Below are positions 23,601 through 34,399 of a stretch of DNA of 64,000 bases, piece by piece. Each line of letters starts with the position of its first letter. The first letter of the stretch is position 1. Where the stretch lies: NCBI GenBank assembly GCA_973895155.1, contig OZ316897.1, forward strand, positions 23,542,318 to 23,606,317, given 5' to 3'. Made by a program: the position numbers and the translations under genes. Under the pieces are notes generated by a model. That model had not been told where the DNA came from. It made no database searches and saw only the letters and a list, made by a program, of their open reading frames with translations. The stretch is from Marsupella aquatica (lineage: Eukaryota > Plantae > Marchantiophyta).

Positions 23601-25366
23601 CCAGCTTTAAGGCCGACCTAAGGGAGAAGGACGAGATGCTCGAACAGACTTACGCCAAGATGAACCAGATGGAGTCTGTCATCATTGCAGAGCTCGACAA
23701 GGAGCTAAGAGCAACCCAGGAGGAGAAGGCTACCTTGAAGAAGGAATTGGAGGAAGCCCACAGGGAGCAGGAGGAGGCCAAAAACGAGCTGGAGGGGGCA
23801 CGTAAGGACCTGGATGAAACCCAAGAGGAGTTGGAGGAAATCACGAGGAAGATGGAGAACCTACAGCGGCGGGCCGACAACCAAACAGAGCGGCTGAAGA
23901 AACAAGCCGCAGTATTTAAATGCTTAGCTGCAACAGGTCCATCTCCCGTTGGGACAAACCAGTTACCAGGGGTGGTAATTGCCGAAGGACAAGCCGCGCC
24001 ACCTGCACCAGTGCCGGAAGTAAGTGGGAAGGGGAAGGGACCAGCTGCCGAGCCACCAACGAAGAAGAAGCGGAAACCTTCAGGGTCAAGGAGTAATACG
24101 ACTTCACAGGCCGTGGTGATCAAGGAGGTAGACCCAGCACCGACCCCAGACAGGGTCACGGCTAAGGATCCAACTACCCTAGGGGAAGGGGAAGCCGAAG
24201 CCGAGGGAGTGGCTGAAGCCGAAGCCGTGGGGTTGGCTGAAGCCGAAGCCGTGGGGGTGGCTGAGGCCGAAGCCGTGGGTATTGCCGAGGCCGGTGTCGA
24301 GGCTGAAGCCGAAGGTGGACCCAGTCAGGCCGATGGAGAGTTGACTCGGTCAAGGGCAGGTAATCTGTCAGTAGGCGGGCCAACGGCAGTGGCTGAGGAG
24401 GAAGTGTTGGGGGCGTCCATTGAGGATCCACCACCGGTGTCGTGACGGTGCAAGGGCGCCGTTCCTTTTAGGGAGGGCGGACGTGGAGGGAGGAGGCGTG
24501 AGTGGGCAGGGCGGGCACGGATCTCCACGTTTAGGATTAGGATCAGAACCAGGAGCGGCCCTGACACTTAGCTTAGTGGGATTGCGGTCCCACTGGTAGG
24601 AGCAACACTTGTGCTCCTGCCTTGCTGTACATAGGTAGATTCGGGTAAGTAGATTACTGTTAAGTAGATTAGGCTTACGATGCAAAGAATGGCGGATCCA
24701 CTACCAGGATAAGTACCTGGGCAGCGGGGAGCTCAGGGCCTCTTCTTTAGCAAGTTTTTAGTTTGCACCAGCCGGGCTGGGATCAAGTAGTACGAGAAGC
24801 TCTCGGTTAGTCATACAGTGACCCTTGTGTATATTCATGTTTCCTCATGCCTAAGAGCTGAATAGAGTTGGCCTCACGGCTTAGTTCGCAGAACTTGTGT
24901 ATGAGATGTACTGTTTGTATGGCAAGTGCATGGTATGACTCAGTCAGAATGAGTCATTTTGCTATTTGTGTGTCGCATTAACTTGTGTGAAGAGTGCCCA
25001 CATCAACAGAAGGAAGGAAAGTAAGCAGGGGAGTGAGAGTTGGATGTGTCGAGCTGAGAGAGGTCTTAGCGGCTTAACCAAGCCTATTGGGGATCATTCC
25101 GGCGGCGGAATCCAAACATACCTAACAAGACGGAGGGGAAGACAGGGGAAGACAGGGGAAGGCCTATATTAGGCCGGCTACGTATCTCATGACCCGATGA
25201 AGGATCTGTCCAGTATATGTGTGTAAAATGTTAATAGTAGTAGTAGAAGGTTAGCAGCGTCCCATGCCGCTAAGCCGCGGAAACGGCCTCGCCAAGCACG
25301 AAACCTGCGGGAATCGGCTTGAGCTGGGGGGTTTCTTGGGTTTAGGGAGCCATGGGACGCACCACA
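20677..25366 (+). mobile_element. 4690-bp TG..CA single-ORF element (family A; solo-LTR-like)
   Basis: Ends TGTGATGC..GCACCACA with 5-bp TSD ATGTG (20672-20676 and 25367-25371). No internal terminal direct repeats, RT or integrase. Confidence 0.88.
20753..24445 (+). CDS. Family A protein: plant-transposon-protein/PMD-like domain, acidic/Pro-rich linker, long coiled coil, KKKRK motif (likely start ATG 21050, about 1131 aa)
   Basis: Open for 1230 codons. Contains the motif GLEAFVRLPW..LLEFVGSW..RIYGKDFYLTPKVIAEVFGLP. TATAAA lies at 20771, and MSNVNQAAHFW loosely parallels the family B N-terminus. Confidence 0.8.
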   Translation: MTKQGKYKQLGATMEPGQRPEVRLRVKTRLGLGRVKRRRLGRINGKKDRQRRGVRSACRRWWLICEHELGRRLREANYCQLLRQALGERVDTDDQPKEGMSNVNQAAHFWGCLFERATEYIKTYEDEESERAARERQELARLWELQKTAFLGGELIKDEFLWTPTSNQLDDLLFCKDSVVGIREAIKNCNDIHWELKGSTERWTRATVLGETSTAAEMKRKGAVNDEATPAKRTRSAAPKKPAEQQSRRQGEAEEEEVDPIKAIPTRDDTWKGWAATLPVEVQLHFAREEDACFTAMQTKKYQGFMAGSGLEAFVRLPWLKPEVPESDLLEFVGSWEPETNCTRIYGKDFYLTPKVIAEVFGLPMGNKTKVDTRKTLPDKEFRSFPGPSTKNGFFRNTCTNPHIGEMIDFLRVTMHCNLPRAEIGKAQVYLAERPDPSRDYNGYLLNQLKKILKEEQQVIGMGSVSRLGYHMPLLCRYARGQTFAPVLPLQVRAPEEAPTPRPLAEKPQPPVSPTIEQVFRPRKEDLPMQQPGMQSLLKLLEKEKKSASTTTTTTATATMQDTTTEVGLHRLTRENPFAGDKERIRPESKPGVRMYVGTSSSESEAELPEAPTEEEEREKPEIQEVEEAVEDCSHDNSGYGSDHYVPGVRTCGRFVPTLPRVVRGDPNQQSSPESPPPDVAPPSFDGIKQTVQEFQERIKQEEEAALAKEKDLPGGDWPEDIRRLAEKGSKPLATIEEIRRTAWEQRPRWAMPITSTYSTYAKNRAMEYGEMCGELALGIFGEELEVGPFFHREQLEKHQLEEAVALERSKKDEVIRRLRRMEAEIEDLRAAKKAQDELRIKRHELNIMQGQLDAAQADNQNIKDKLTQTQEELADTIKEREKWKQELKNTEEAHITANSRAMAETQRKEWALKGELEKIRGALEQKEVELGKSYQGIMALQQELASLTASFKADLREKDEMLEQTYAKMNQMESVIIAELDKELRATQEEKATLKKELEEAHREQEEAKNELEGARKDLDETQEELEEITRKMENLQRRADNQTERLKKQAAVFKCLAATGPSPVGTNQLPGVVIAEGQAAPPAPVPEVSGKGKGPAAEPPTKKKRKPSGSRSNTTSQAVVIKEVDPAPTPDRVTAKDPTTLGEGEAEAEGVAEAEAVGLAEAEAVGVAEAEAVGIAEAGVEAEAEGGPSQADGELTRSRAGNLSVGGPTAVAEEEVLGASIEDPPPVS

Positions 25367-25811
25367 ATGTGTGGTTGGGCCTCTAAGGAACAATTAAAGC
25401 AATCATCAACATACACCAATGCAGATCAAACATACATGCAAAATGAATCTACAACACCGTAACACTAGTACTTATGTACAGGATCCATACTAGTATGAGA
25501 CCAATCTGGAATATAAAAACATAAAAGGAACCTGACAACTCCATCTACTGAATCAAATTTGCAACAGACATATTAACACACACATCAGCTTGCAGTCTGG
25601 CCCCAGTCCTAGATCACGCATAATTCTGACATTATGCTCTATGTTCCGATTTCGGGCCTCCTCATAAGGATTCACAGAATGTGACAACCCCTGCAATCTT
25701 CCTTTCACAGGCTGCATTCACCAACTGCACAAATGGGTAAACCATTAGTCTGATTTCATATATAGTCCATACATGTAGTCCATCTATGGACTTCACACAC
25801 CTAAAACCTAT

Positions 25812-28800
25812 TCACTGCTTATGCCTGCCCTTTCTTGCAGATCCCTTTGCATCTCTGCCTCGTTTGGGACCAGTCAATGGTCCTGGATTTGCTCTAGACC
25901 TACAGGCCTTAGCCAATTCGATGTGTAATTTGGCATTGTTTTCCATTGTAGCATGGAAATCAAAGTCTGTGTAATCACCTAACACCCTTGTGGACCTGGA
26001 TTCTTTGTGGAGGATTGTTCTCCATGCTATCCCCTTCTCATTGGGGTGGAAGAAAACCTGCTCCACTTGCTTTGGGAAAACGTAATCCATTTTCTTGGAC
26101 ACACCCAGTTCTCTATGGAAATTCACCTGCCAAAGACCAGACTCAGAATACCTCATACTGGCAGAGGATTTAGGAGTCCATGATGGATCTGCCCATTTCC
26201 CTTTGAAAAGAATCACCTCTTTCCTCAAGCTGCCATAATTCGGTACCAAGATATCTGTCAAGCCCCTACATACTGTACAGATTCTTCTATGGTTGCACCA
26301 GACCTGTCCACTCGCTTCTCAGTGAATGTAGAAGCCATCCCAGAATCAAAAGTGCTGAAAGCACCAGAATCACAATCACTCAAACACCCCAAGGATGGAA
26401 TAGTCCTCCAATGGTGCCCATAGGCTCTGCATGCCCTATACAGTCGTGCCTTCAAACTAGGTGGTGTGGAGTATACAGATAGTAATGACCGCTCAGACTC
26501 TTTCTCAAAATTATGGGTATTGACTAATGTTTGAAACCATTCCCTGAAAGGTGGCAATTCTTGGCAGTCAGCGGGAAATTCCACTGGTTTTCTTCGATTG
26601 GCAGGCTTCCTCATCCATTCCTTCTGGAAATCCACTCTTCGTTTGGTAACAGTCTCATTGGTAGCATCATATATCCTACATGGCAACAACAACACTGAAG
26701 ACATTAGTGCGTGATCCACCATGAATATACAAACACAATGGGGCAACATAATTTAGGGTTTATGTACCTGTACCATGGAGCCACTGTCTCTTCATTCTCC
26801 AATATATAATGATGCATGGCCATCATTTCAGACCAATCCAAAGTTATCGCCTTTGCAGCCCCTTCCAAAACAATGCCTGCAACGCCAGCATCCTCCTCCA
26901 ACTCCTAGGTTCGTTTTCCCTCTCCCTTTGCATCAATCATGTATTCAGAAAGGAATCCCAAAGACTCATCTAATACATAGCCTTCAGCCATAGAAGCCTC
27001 TGGACGTGCCTTGTTTCGTACATAACCCTTTAATACCTTCAGGTTCCTCTCTATTGGGTACATCCATCTGCCTGTAACTGGGCCACACAAGTCTAATTCC
27101 TCCACTAGGTGAATCATTAAATGGGTCATGACATCAAAGAAGCTTGGTGGAAAATGGATTTCCAAAATGCAGAGAGTGAATGCAACATCCATCATCAAAT
27201 TCTCATACATTGAAGGGTCCCACACCTTTGTACAGATCTGGCGATAGATATTGCTCACCCCAGCTATGGCCAAGCGAACCCCTTCATCAAGTAATCCCAT
27301 TGTTGCCAGAGGGAGAATCTGTTGCATGAGTTGGTGGAAATCATGTGATTTCAACCCAGAGAGTTTCTTGGATTTTGTAACACACTTCGCCAAAGAACTT
27401 GAAAAACCAGTGGGCCCTTTCAAGGTCAATAACACCTCCAAGAACCTTGTTCTTTCCTTCTTGCTCAGGCAATATGGGGCTGGGGGCATCAACAATTTGT
27501 CATCGTTACGCTTGGGAGCTGGATTGGGTACAAGCCATAGGTGTTGGCGCACCTGTAAGAGCTTCATGTCTTCTCTCACAGAAGGAGTGTCCTTGGTCCC
27601 AATGATAGTGTGCACAATGTTGTGTGCAAGATTCTTCTCACAGTGCATGGGATCTAGACAATGGTTAATGAGTAGTTTCTGCAGTGGACACACAATTCAG
27701 AAATTAGGGCATTGAATACAACTTTTGGCATCACTGGACAGTAGTTTGTGCAGTAGACACAATTCAGAAATTAGTGCATTGAATACAACTATTACAAAAT
27801 CTGGGCTACAGGAAGTATATGAAGAGAATATATTTCAAAGTCATATGAAGAGATTGCAGAAATTCATTGTAGTAGTATGGAGTCTTACATTCCAATAGGG
27901 CAACTTGTACAGACCAGTAGCCCTCTTCACTCCATGCACCTTTATGGGGCATTTCTCATCCTCAACCTTGGTTCCTCCCTTCTTCAAATATTCTGTTGTC
28001 TCGTCTCCCCACTTCTTTCTATCAGAGCTTGTCATTCTACATGGTGCAGGTCGACTCTCAATTGCACCATCAAAGTATTGTGCACTGTCTGGTCTACGAA
28101 AAAGATGCCTTGCTGCTAACCATCGACGGTGGCCACTGTACTCTAATTTCTGCAAGTGCTTAGAACCACGTGCCACACATTTTGGCCCACAGATGACACA
28201 TCCTTTGTATCCAGAGTGTTGTTGTCCAGATATTAAACCATATGCAGGGTAATCATTGATTGTCCACAATAGCATAGCCCTAAGGTTGAAGTGTTGAGAC
28301 AATCCTAGGCGTGGCAATTTGTCAAAGTAGGGCACTCCTTTCTTCCACAACAGCTCCAGCTCCTCATAGAATGGGCCCAATATTATGTCCAACTGTTCCT
28401 CTGTTACTGAATCAGGTCCTGGAATCAGCATAGCTAGCATGACAAAGAACTTCTTGGTGGTAAGCCAAGGAGGTAAGTTGTAATTCAACAACAGTATTGG
28501 CCAGGTAGACCAAGCTGTGGAATTATTCCCAAAGGGATTCACCCCATCAAGTGCCAACCCAAATCGCACATTCCTTGGTTCAGCTGCAAATTTCCAATCA
28601 ATATTTGTATCCACATGCTTCCAAGCCTTTGAATCTGTTGCGTGCCGAACCATGTTGTCTGTGCTTCTATTCTCATGATGCCAAGTCATGAGTTTAGATG
28701 TACCAGCAGTGGCATACAATCTCTTCAACCTAGGAATTATAGGGAAATACCGCACCACCTTCCTTGCCTGTAATGAATTCCCCACTCTCTTCATCTTGGG

Positions 28801-29772
28801 CTGCTGACACACTGAACAATTTTCTAACTTGGCATTCTCACCCCTAAAGAGCATGCAACCTTTCTCATAGAGAGGGATTCTCTCATAATCCAAGCCAAGC
28901 TTTCTCAATAGCTGCTTTGCAGCATATAAGTTCTTGGGCAGATTATGCTCTGCAGGCATACCATGCTCCCCCATCAAAGACAACAATGCATTCACTCCTT
29001 TGTTTGAGAATCCATGGCCATGACAGATGTTCAGCAGAAGCAACATGAATGACACAACATCTATTTTGCTGCGTGGGAACAAAGGTTGCATTGCTGCATC
29101 TAAAGATAACTATGCAGGATCAGTCTCCACAGGAGTTTCAGAGGTTTCAAGGGGGTTTACAGGATGGGCACCTTCTTCACTCTCATCATCCCCAAGTACA
29201 AAATCCAAGTCAAAATGGTCCTGATCATCTAGTTCATGTTCAGGGGATTCTTCACTGGTTCTCAGCAACGTTTCTTCTAGTAGAGCCCTGATATGTTCTT
29301 CGACATCTATAGTTGGATGTTCTTGAACATCCACAGTTGGATACTCTGGAACATCCACAGTTGGATACTCTGGAACGTCTACAAATAAATGTTCTTCAAC
29401 ATCTATAGTTGGTTGTTGTGCACAGGTTGCCTGCTGAAGGTTTGCTACCCTCAATGCCTCAGAGCCATGTTGTGACATGTAGTTAGCACCCCACTCTTCA
29501 TCAGAAGAGTCTTGTCCCTCTCCCACCCACACTCGACATGCAGGGTACCGACCATGTTTAATAAGGTGCAGTCTAGCAGTATTCCGATTAGTCCTATAAT
29601 TCCCTTTGCAATTCACACAAGGGCAGTACATCTTATGGTCCCCACTCTTGTGGCAGGCCTTCTGTTCTCGAACCCACAAAGCATCATCACGATGTTGTAC
29701 TCTAGCTGGATGGAAGAGCGGCAACTTTGGAGTTCTACCCACACCTAACGTATTTTGTGGCAATTGTGCCAT
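25812..29772 (-). pseudogene. CACTA TnpD/Tnp2 transposase, disrupted
   Basis: YCPCVNC, FAAEPRNVRFGLALDGVNPF, YNLPPW, TINDYPAYG, LDPMHCEKN, GLKSHDFH, RWMYPIER and FPKQVEQVFF. Introns at about 27682-27888 and 26678-26767, in-frame TAG at 29110 and 26905, and a frameshift at about 26260. Confidence 0.9.
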
Positions 29773-30356
29773 GCTAGCTTGATTGAAATTGTATTCAAAC
29801 TATGATTTTCAAACTGAATCAGTGTGACATGCATACAAAATTGGGCCTACCGTCACAGTTGTACAACCGATGCCAACCACAGTCCAATTGCTCAAACCCA
29901 CAGAGCCCAATTTCTCAAATCCACTGTAGTGGGGCACCGTCTCCTTCTTGCATACAAATAGAGCATCACATACAGTGTCATCAGAATGATACTATGAACG
30001 TAAATCTCTGTGCCTTCATCATTTCCAGTATTTGTTTGCCTATTAGGAATGTGAGCAGACAGGTCTAGAATAAGTAACGTTTGTGACATCAGTGACAAAT
30101 TTACAAGTGAAGTTTAGACATCACACTCAAAGCACATGCATGAAAATCGGAATCCTACCCTGGAAAAGATAGTAAAGTTGATTTCTCAAAATTAATTGCC
30201 TCAATCCGCAATGCACTGTCGTAGAGTGTGTATACATGAGGAGTTCATCAAACTGCATATAAATAGTTCACATGTTTTAGCACTCTGAAAATTGTTTAAG
30301 TCCACGTGAAACCATCAAAAAGCTCTATCTCAAGTTTGTGTTCCATCCAGCCTCAA

Positions 30357-30953
30357 TCAAATCCAAGATATGTGGCTCCTAGCAGGAGTGCCTAGTGTAG
30401 GGTCAATGTCATGGTCAGGACAGTAAAACATCCCCTTCTTGGGCTGCCCATGCGCTGAGTGATCCCAAATTGTTCGATCATGGGCAAATCCCCTCTGCTG
30501 GATAAACAACAGGCAGTCCTTGTGCCATGCCTTAGGACACCTCATGCACTGAACCAAAAAGCCATTAGCCCCATCATTGGGCCCCTGTCCACAAGTAAGA
30601 CAAATATGGAGTCCACATGATGCTATGCCAGGAACCAAACACTGCCGACAGTAAAACCGGGCACAGAGAGGGTCTGGACATTTTCTTACCTCTTCACCAA
30701 TTTTTCCAGACACATGGCACTTAAAGCAAGAATGTTCATCATTCTTGCAATCAACACAAAGCCATTCTCCAACATGGCCATCAGCCAGGGATATAGTTGG
30801 GCATAGCCATTGCTGTCCCAAAGGACAGGAAACATTCTTATGGAAATGTCGGTGGCAAGGCCCATCACAAACAATGAGATCCCCTCCCTCATCACAAATC
30901 GCACATACATGTGGACTATTTTGGTTAATCTCAATGTCTGAATATAAGGCCAA
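30357..30953 (-). CDS. EDM2-like composite PHD-finger protein inside the CACTA (start codon uncertain)
   Basis: VCAICDEGGDLIVCDGPCHRHFH..WLCVDCKNDEHSCFKC..KCPDPLCARFYC..HICLTC..QCMRCPKAWHKDC..YCPDHDIDPTLGTPARSHI follows the EDM2/NSD PHD cassette, including the YC..H.ID..LGTP.R.HI tail. Confidence 0.78.
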   Translation of the reverse strand: MALYSDIEINQNSPHVCAICDEGGDLIVCDGPCHRHFHKNVSCPLGQQWLCPTISLADGHVGEWLCVDCKNDEHSCFKCHVSGKIGEEVRKCPDPLCARFYCRQCLVPGIASCGLHICLTCGQGPNDGANGFLVQCMRCPKAWHKDCLLFIQQRGFAHDRTIWDHSAHGQPKKGMFYCPDHDIDPTLGTPARSHISWI

Positions 30954-33900
30954 TTGAGGTGCTTGAGAGATTCACCTCTGCAACGATTCATGGCCTTCTG
31001 CTTATTGCGAGCCATGGTCCTGCACACTCAGACCCTACATCAGATTGTGAAACAAGAAGGAATAACAGGGTGCAACATGACACAAAAGAATGAGGGTGCA
31101 ACATAAAATATGACATGTAACCACAAGGGAGCAGCATAAACCAATGCTTTATGGATGGCAAAGCACTAGGACTGAGCAACGCAAATAACCTTGGCCTATG
31201 ATTGGAAGCAATCACAAATATTGCAACCTGTATGCCTTCGCCTGCTGTCCAGCAGTGCTCACTCACCCTGCCTTTTTTAAATCTGTAAGGGCAACACAGA
31301 ACAAATAGCAATTGAGTTTCAGCAAAGCATTGGTTCTCAAGTTTTAAAATGGACAGACTTGTTTCATTGTCTGCCTTGTGCGCAGCAGGCTAGGACCGAT
31401 CAGGGCAAATAATTTATATATTCAAGTAGTGAGAGCTACAAAATTTGCTGGGACAGTTTTCTAGTTCTGGATCCTGCTACGCTTTATATACAGCAGCAAC
31501 CTGAATTCGATTTTTATAGACCAGCTTTTCACCACGGCTACGACTTCAAAACAATCACACAATGAAATCATGTAGAGGCATGAAGTAAACATGGGTCAAG
31601 GCTGTGAATAAAGTTCTCACCTTGTCCCTGCATAGCATCGGGAAATTCTACCCAGAGTCTAAAGCGGGAGATACCCAGGCGATGATCCATCCCAAGTTGC
31701 GTCAGGTCTAGGAAGGTTAGTACTCTCCTAATGTGACAAGACTTCTTCTGGATCATTCTCTGTAACAAAATTTATTTGTTTGAAGTAAACGACTGAAATC
31801 ATTTGATGGCAAATTCTCCATTTGGACTCTGTGGACAGTGGGGTATAATTTTGTAAGACATTCATTGCCAAACTCCATGAACTTACTAGTAGATTCTATG
31901 TTCAATTAGACAGCATTAAACAGACCAGCCTTCCACTCAGACAGAAACAATCCTGGCCCACTCAAGCATTAAACAGGGTCGATCTTGTCCTTCCCGTGTA
32001 CGCCTCAATGCTTATTGTATGTCATTCTAACAACATTCTTCATTTGTTTACTCAAAGGATTCTACTATTGGACGAGAGCATCACGAAAGGAGCAGATATA
32101 AGTAAAGTTGGTGGTAGCTGATGATGAATGATCGACTGATGTTATAATCCAAGGCAATGACAAAAAAATCGATCGTCTCCGACGAGAATTGGGTCTCATG
32201 GAAAAGGGCATGGTTTATGTGAAGGGACTATTAGAAAAATAGGTTCTCATAATTTTGGTGACAAGTTCAGGCAGAAGGTGGCTTTTAGAATTATAGATTT
32301 ATCCACTTCAACTTATGCACACCATATGAGAGGGGACGACTATCTAAGGTTGTGCAGAACTCCTGCCAAGGACATGAGCACATTTTTGTTCAATTTGGCG
32401 TTGGAACTCAAGCAGTACCATTCAGAGGGAAAATGACAATCAAACAATTGATAGGGACTGTCGGAAATCAACAGCAGACAGAATGGAAAACTCGGAAGAA
32501 CTGGTGCAACCTCGAGCAGTCACAGAGAGAGCTCTAGAGAGGGACCGAGAGGTTGAGGTAATAGTCTCGTGGCAATCGAAGGGTTCGGAACCTAACATAG
32601 CAGACACAAAAAATGTATGCTAAGCAGGAGGAGAAACAGAGCAATAGAGCAACATAGCAAGAAGGCAGGGGTAGCATGGCAAAAGGAAAGAGTAAATTGA
32701 AACTATGAAACATAGCCAGATTGAAGGGGAAGAAGCGCACAACCTCTTGCAGCTCCCGTTTCTCTTCCCGTAGCTCCTGATGTAACCTCCCGTAGCTCCC
32801 GCAACACGCTGACGAACGGTGAGACCTCCTGCAGCTCTTCCCGCAGATCCTGCCTGCTGTCACCTCCCGAAGCTCCACCAATGTGACCTCCCGCAACTCC
32901 ACCACTCCTCTGTAGCTTAGTTATCCCCAATCATAGCTTGCAGCTCCTTCCCAATGAACCCTTACTAAACTACTCCTCGCAGCCGAGCTTGCAGCTTATG
33001 ACCCGCAGGTTATCACCAATCATAGCTCGTCGCCCTTCGCTGAGGTAGCCTCCCGCAGCTCCTTCGTAATGTATTGTCCCAAGTCTCCTCCTCACCCACT
33101 GGTTATCATCGATCGCACGTCGTCGCCCTTTGCAGCTTTCTGAGACATATAGCTCCAACGTTAACGCCAAATGCTCCGCAATGTTGCGCGACACTGCAAC
33201 AATGGATTGGAGCTCTTCCGTGGTAGTAGCTCCCAAGTCCTACCGGCTCACCCTAAGCTTTCCTACTCCCCTGACCGCGCGCAGCACCCTGATACAGTTT
33301 GTGGGAAGAAACGGAGTGCGCACTCCACAAAGCTGTCTCAACTCGCAACTGAACTCAAATGCGCCCCGCACTCCATGCACATTGCCCACCGCCACATTCC
33401 TTTGATGAAAACGCGCACCTCAACTACAAAAACCCTACATTTCACAACTTGTGCTCGACTCGACATTTGCCGTTGTGCACCTCCAATGTAGATTTGTCGA
33501 CCACTTATGTTCCGAGGGCCTACTACAAGAACGCGGGAATTGGAGCACGATGTTGATTGTATGATCCAGGGTGTGATCTCAGCCGTTGGCACTTGTGTAG
33601 GTGCCAAAAATCTAATACCTCTCCACTAGGTTGGACAATTTAATACCTCTCCACTAGGTTATAAACTTAATACCTCTCCATTATTGGTTTGCAAAAAACC
33701 CAATGAAGGTTATGGTATATCCAATTTAAAGAGAGCCCTAAAGGTCATGGCTGTTTGTGTAGGTGCCAACAAGAATGTTAAGGACGCATGTTATATGTAA
33801 AAAATGATGCCTGCAATATAAAAGGTCCTTTTGGACCAAGGGAAAACCTTGGTTTTCTAACTTGGTGCTCTAGAGTTATGGCTAAAAATCACATTGACCC

Positions 33901-34399
33901 TAAACCCATAAGCTGCCCCTCATTTAAACAAATTAATCCTTCATGGGAGGTGAGGGTGTTGTGGATTACATTAGTGTAATTAACTATGTACCGGCCATGG
34001 TTTTTGAGTGATTATTATTAGTCTCACCATATGATAGTGATACTCATCCAAATGTTAGCATTTAATAGCTTTCCACTCGTGACTCAATTGAGAGAAACCT
34101 CAAGAGAAACCCTCAGTCATGACTCAAGCACATTTATAGGGCAACTATTAGTTTCATATAGACATATGTATAGTATGTGTACTTTTGTACATGCCCTTGC
34201 CAACACCCTCGTCTAGGGCCCACTTCACGGGCCCCTTACATGCTACATGACCACTACATATGAGGCTATGTTGTCTAAGAGTTTTTGAGAGCATTACACC
34301 AAAGCATTAACAAGTGAGCCTTCCCATGACTATATGACCTCCAATATGCCAACATTAATGGTTTCCAATATGACAGCGTGAGTGACCCCATGTTTAATC

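Larger units (their letters stand above)
17853..25730 (-). pseudogene. CACTA TnpA-like multi-exon gene, interrupted by element A
   Basis: An exon at about 19350-19800 resembles Transposase_24 (KWAALVSHFTS..KRARVQDTSHFGRGG). The last exon, 17853-18115, resembles the Tnp1-type C-terminus (VAEGEV..LRVRVIEV..LWN). There are several small exons; the 5' boundary is approximate. Confidence 0.65.

Noticed and set aside
24190-24310. EAEAVG repeat in protein A, and the similar VDVPEYPT repeat at about 29300-29410
   Set aside because: Ordinary in-frame minisatellite slippage in low-complexity linkers
25180-25215. Possible hammerhead ribozyme (retrozyme) in element A (ccgatgaag)
   Set aside because: The core CTGANGA..GAAA with flanking stems was not found by eye; an Infernal search would be needed
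32534-33236. ELRE-rich short ORFs in the CACTA
   Set aside because: Low-complexity gcagctcc repeats in short, inconsistent frames
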